Origin: Candidatus Oxydemutatoraceae bacterium
GTDB taxonomy: Bacteria; Pseudomonadota; Gammaproteobacteria; Poriferisulfidales; Oxydemutatoraceae
Assembly: GCA_965219575.1 (NCBI GenBank)
Contig: OZ244779.1
Span: 1,292,769 to 1,356,768 of the forward strand
Reading direction: 5' to 3'
Length of the DNA stretch: 64,000 bases
Shown: one piece after another, positions 62,907 through 64,000 of the stretch
Layout of the letters: every line of letters starts with the position of its first letter
Position numbering within the stretch: position 1 is the first letter of the stretch
Made by a program: the position numbers and the translations under genes
Notes under the pieces: generated by a model
Databases searched by the model: none
What the model was told of the DNA's origin: nothing
The model's input: the letters and a program-made list of their open reading frames with translations, nothing else

Positions 62907-64000
62907 TTATAAGCACCCCATGGCTTTAATTTTATCGTATATTTGGTTGGTCAAATCTTCGGGGGTAGCGACGCTGGTATCCAGAACCATCTCCGGATTT
63001 TCAGGTGTTTCGTAAGGGTCGTTTATGCCGGTGAAAGATTGAGTTAGGTTATGACGTGCCCGCAAATAAAAGCCTTTGATATCTCTATGTTCACACACCG
63101 ACAGCGGCGTGCTTAAGTAAATCTCTATATAGAGGCCGTAACGAGAGATTAGTTTTCGGTTTTCCATGCGGTCGGCTTCGTACGGTGCGATCGGTGCGCA
63201 AATTGCAATGCCACCGTTTTTGGTGATCTCGCTGGCAACATAGCCTATACGCCGTACGTTGATCGAGCGATGTTCTTTAGAAAAACCGAGTTCGCTCGAC
63301 AAGTTCGTGCGCACTATATCGCCGTCCAACAAAGTGACTCGGCGTTTACCGTGCTCTACCAACTTAACCATCAGCATCTTAGCCAAGGTGGTTTTGCCGG
63401 AACCCGACAAACCGGTAAAGAATATCGTGAAACCTCTGTCTTTCAAGGGAGGATAAATTTCCTTCAGATATTTTGCGATGGTAGGCATGGTAAACCAATC
63501 GGGTAACTTTTCTCCTTTAATCAGCATTTCCCGCATTTGCGTGCCGGAGATGGACCACAATTCTTCGCCTTGTTTTTTGTCTTGTAGGAAAACATATTTC
63601 TTGCGCGTAGGGCTATACGCCATTTCCTCGAATAATATCGGCTGAATACCGATTTCGCCACTGTGTTCTTTGATTAAATCGTGGGCCCCTAAAGGTGGGT
63701 AGAAATTTTTCCCCGCCGAATCTTTGCCCGGTCCGGCGTGGTCGCGTCCTACTATGAAATGTGTGCAACCGTAATTTTTACGGATTAATGCATGCCATAA
63801 CGCTTCTCTAGGTCCTGCCATACGCATCGCCAACGGCAACAGCGATAGCATCGCGGCATTTTGGGGGTATTGGCGCAATGCCGCGCGGTAGCATTTCATG
63901 CGCGTGTAATAATCTACATCACCCGGTTTACTAATACCCGCAATCGGGTGGATTAATAAATGTGCATCTTCTCTTTTTAATGCTTCTTTGGTCAATTCTA
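62907..64000 (-). CDS. Bifunctional sulfate adenylyltransferase/adenylylsulfate kinase (Sat/CysC), 5' part outside the window
   Basis: MRMAGPREALWHALIRKNYGCTHFIVGRDHAGPG (ATP sulfurylase) fused to FFTGLSGSGKTT..LLDGD.VR..LS..LGFSKEHR (APS kinase). Confidence 0.92.
   Translation of the reverse strand, partial: ELTKEALKREDAHLLIHPIAGISKPGDVDYYTRMKCYRAALRQYPQNAAMLSLLPLAMRMAGPREALWHALIRKNYGCTHFIVGRDHAGPGKDSAGKNFYPPLGAHDLIKEHSGEIGIQPILFEEMAYSPTRKKYVFLQDKKQGEELWSISGTQMREMLIKGEKLPDWFTMPTIAKYLKEIYPPLKDRGFTIFFTGLSGSGKTTLAKMLMVKLVEHGKRRVTLLDGDIVRTNLSSELGFSKEHRSINVRRIGYVASEITKNGGIAICAPIAPYEADRMENRKLISRYGLYIEIYLSTPLSVCEHRDIKGFYLRARHNLTQSFTGINDPYETPENPEMVLDTSVATPEDLTNQIYDKIKAMGCL

Overview
Bacterial window, probably gammaproteobacterial; the giant surface proteins, eukaryote-like LRRs and Rpn/AAA-ATPase genes suggest a host-associated (e.g. 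sponge-type) symbiont, but that is inference. The left 41 kb is accessory. It holds two paralogous giant modular surface proteins (>4104 aa, 5'-truncated by the window, and ~5880 aa), a propeller/FN3/LRR mosaic protein, a frameshifted Rpn nuclease, an intact IS110 element and two repeat-rich coiled-coil membrane proteins. The right 23 kb is mostly housekeeping: OprO/P porin, tRNA-Val, thrS-infC-rpmI-rplT-pheST, a nitroreductase, ihfA, a MerR regulator, tRNA-Pro, ogt, an AAA+/DUF4143 ATPase, egtD, phoBR, pstCAB, phoU, argF, argD and a partial sat/cysC. The best-supported highlight is the IS110 element (13950-15266). It sits in the loop of a REP-like hairpin within a host MITE, and its 5' non-coding end folds by eye into a bridge-RNA-like structure. 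The four guide segments match the REP target and the element's own circle junction around a CA core, and circularisation would create a TTGATT-N17-TATATT promoter. Other candidates for undescribed biology: a shared C-terminal 'I-x-I-R-V-x-x-E-G-L-L' peptide on the giant proteins; nested non-coding repeat families, one of which supplies stop codons or C-termini to host genes; and a 23-bp tandem array upstream of the DUF4143 ATPase. All alignments, folds and counts were done by eye, with no database searches.
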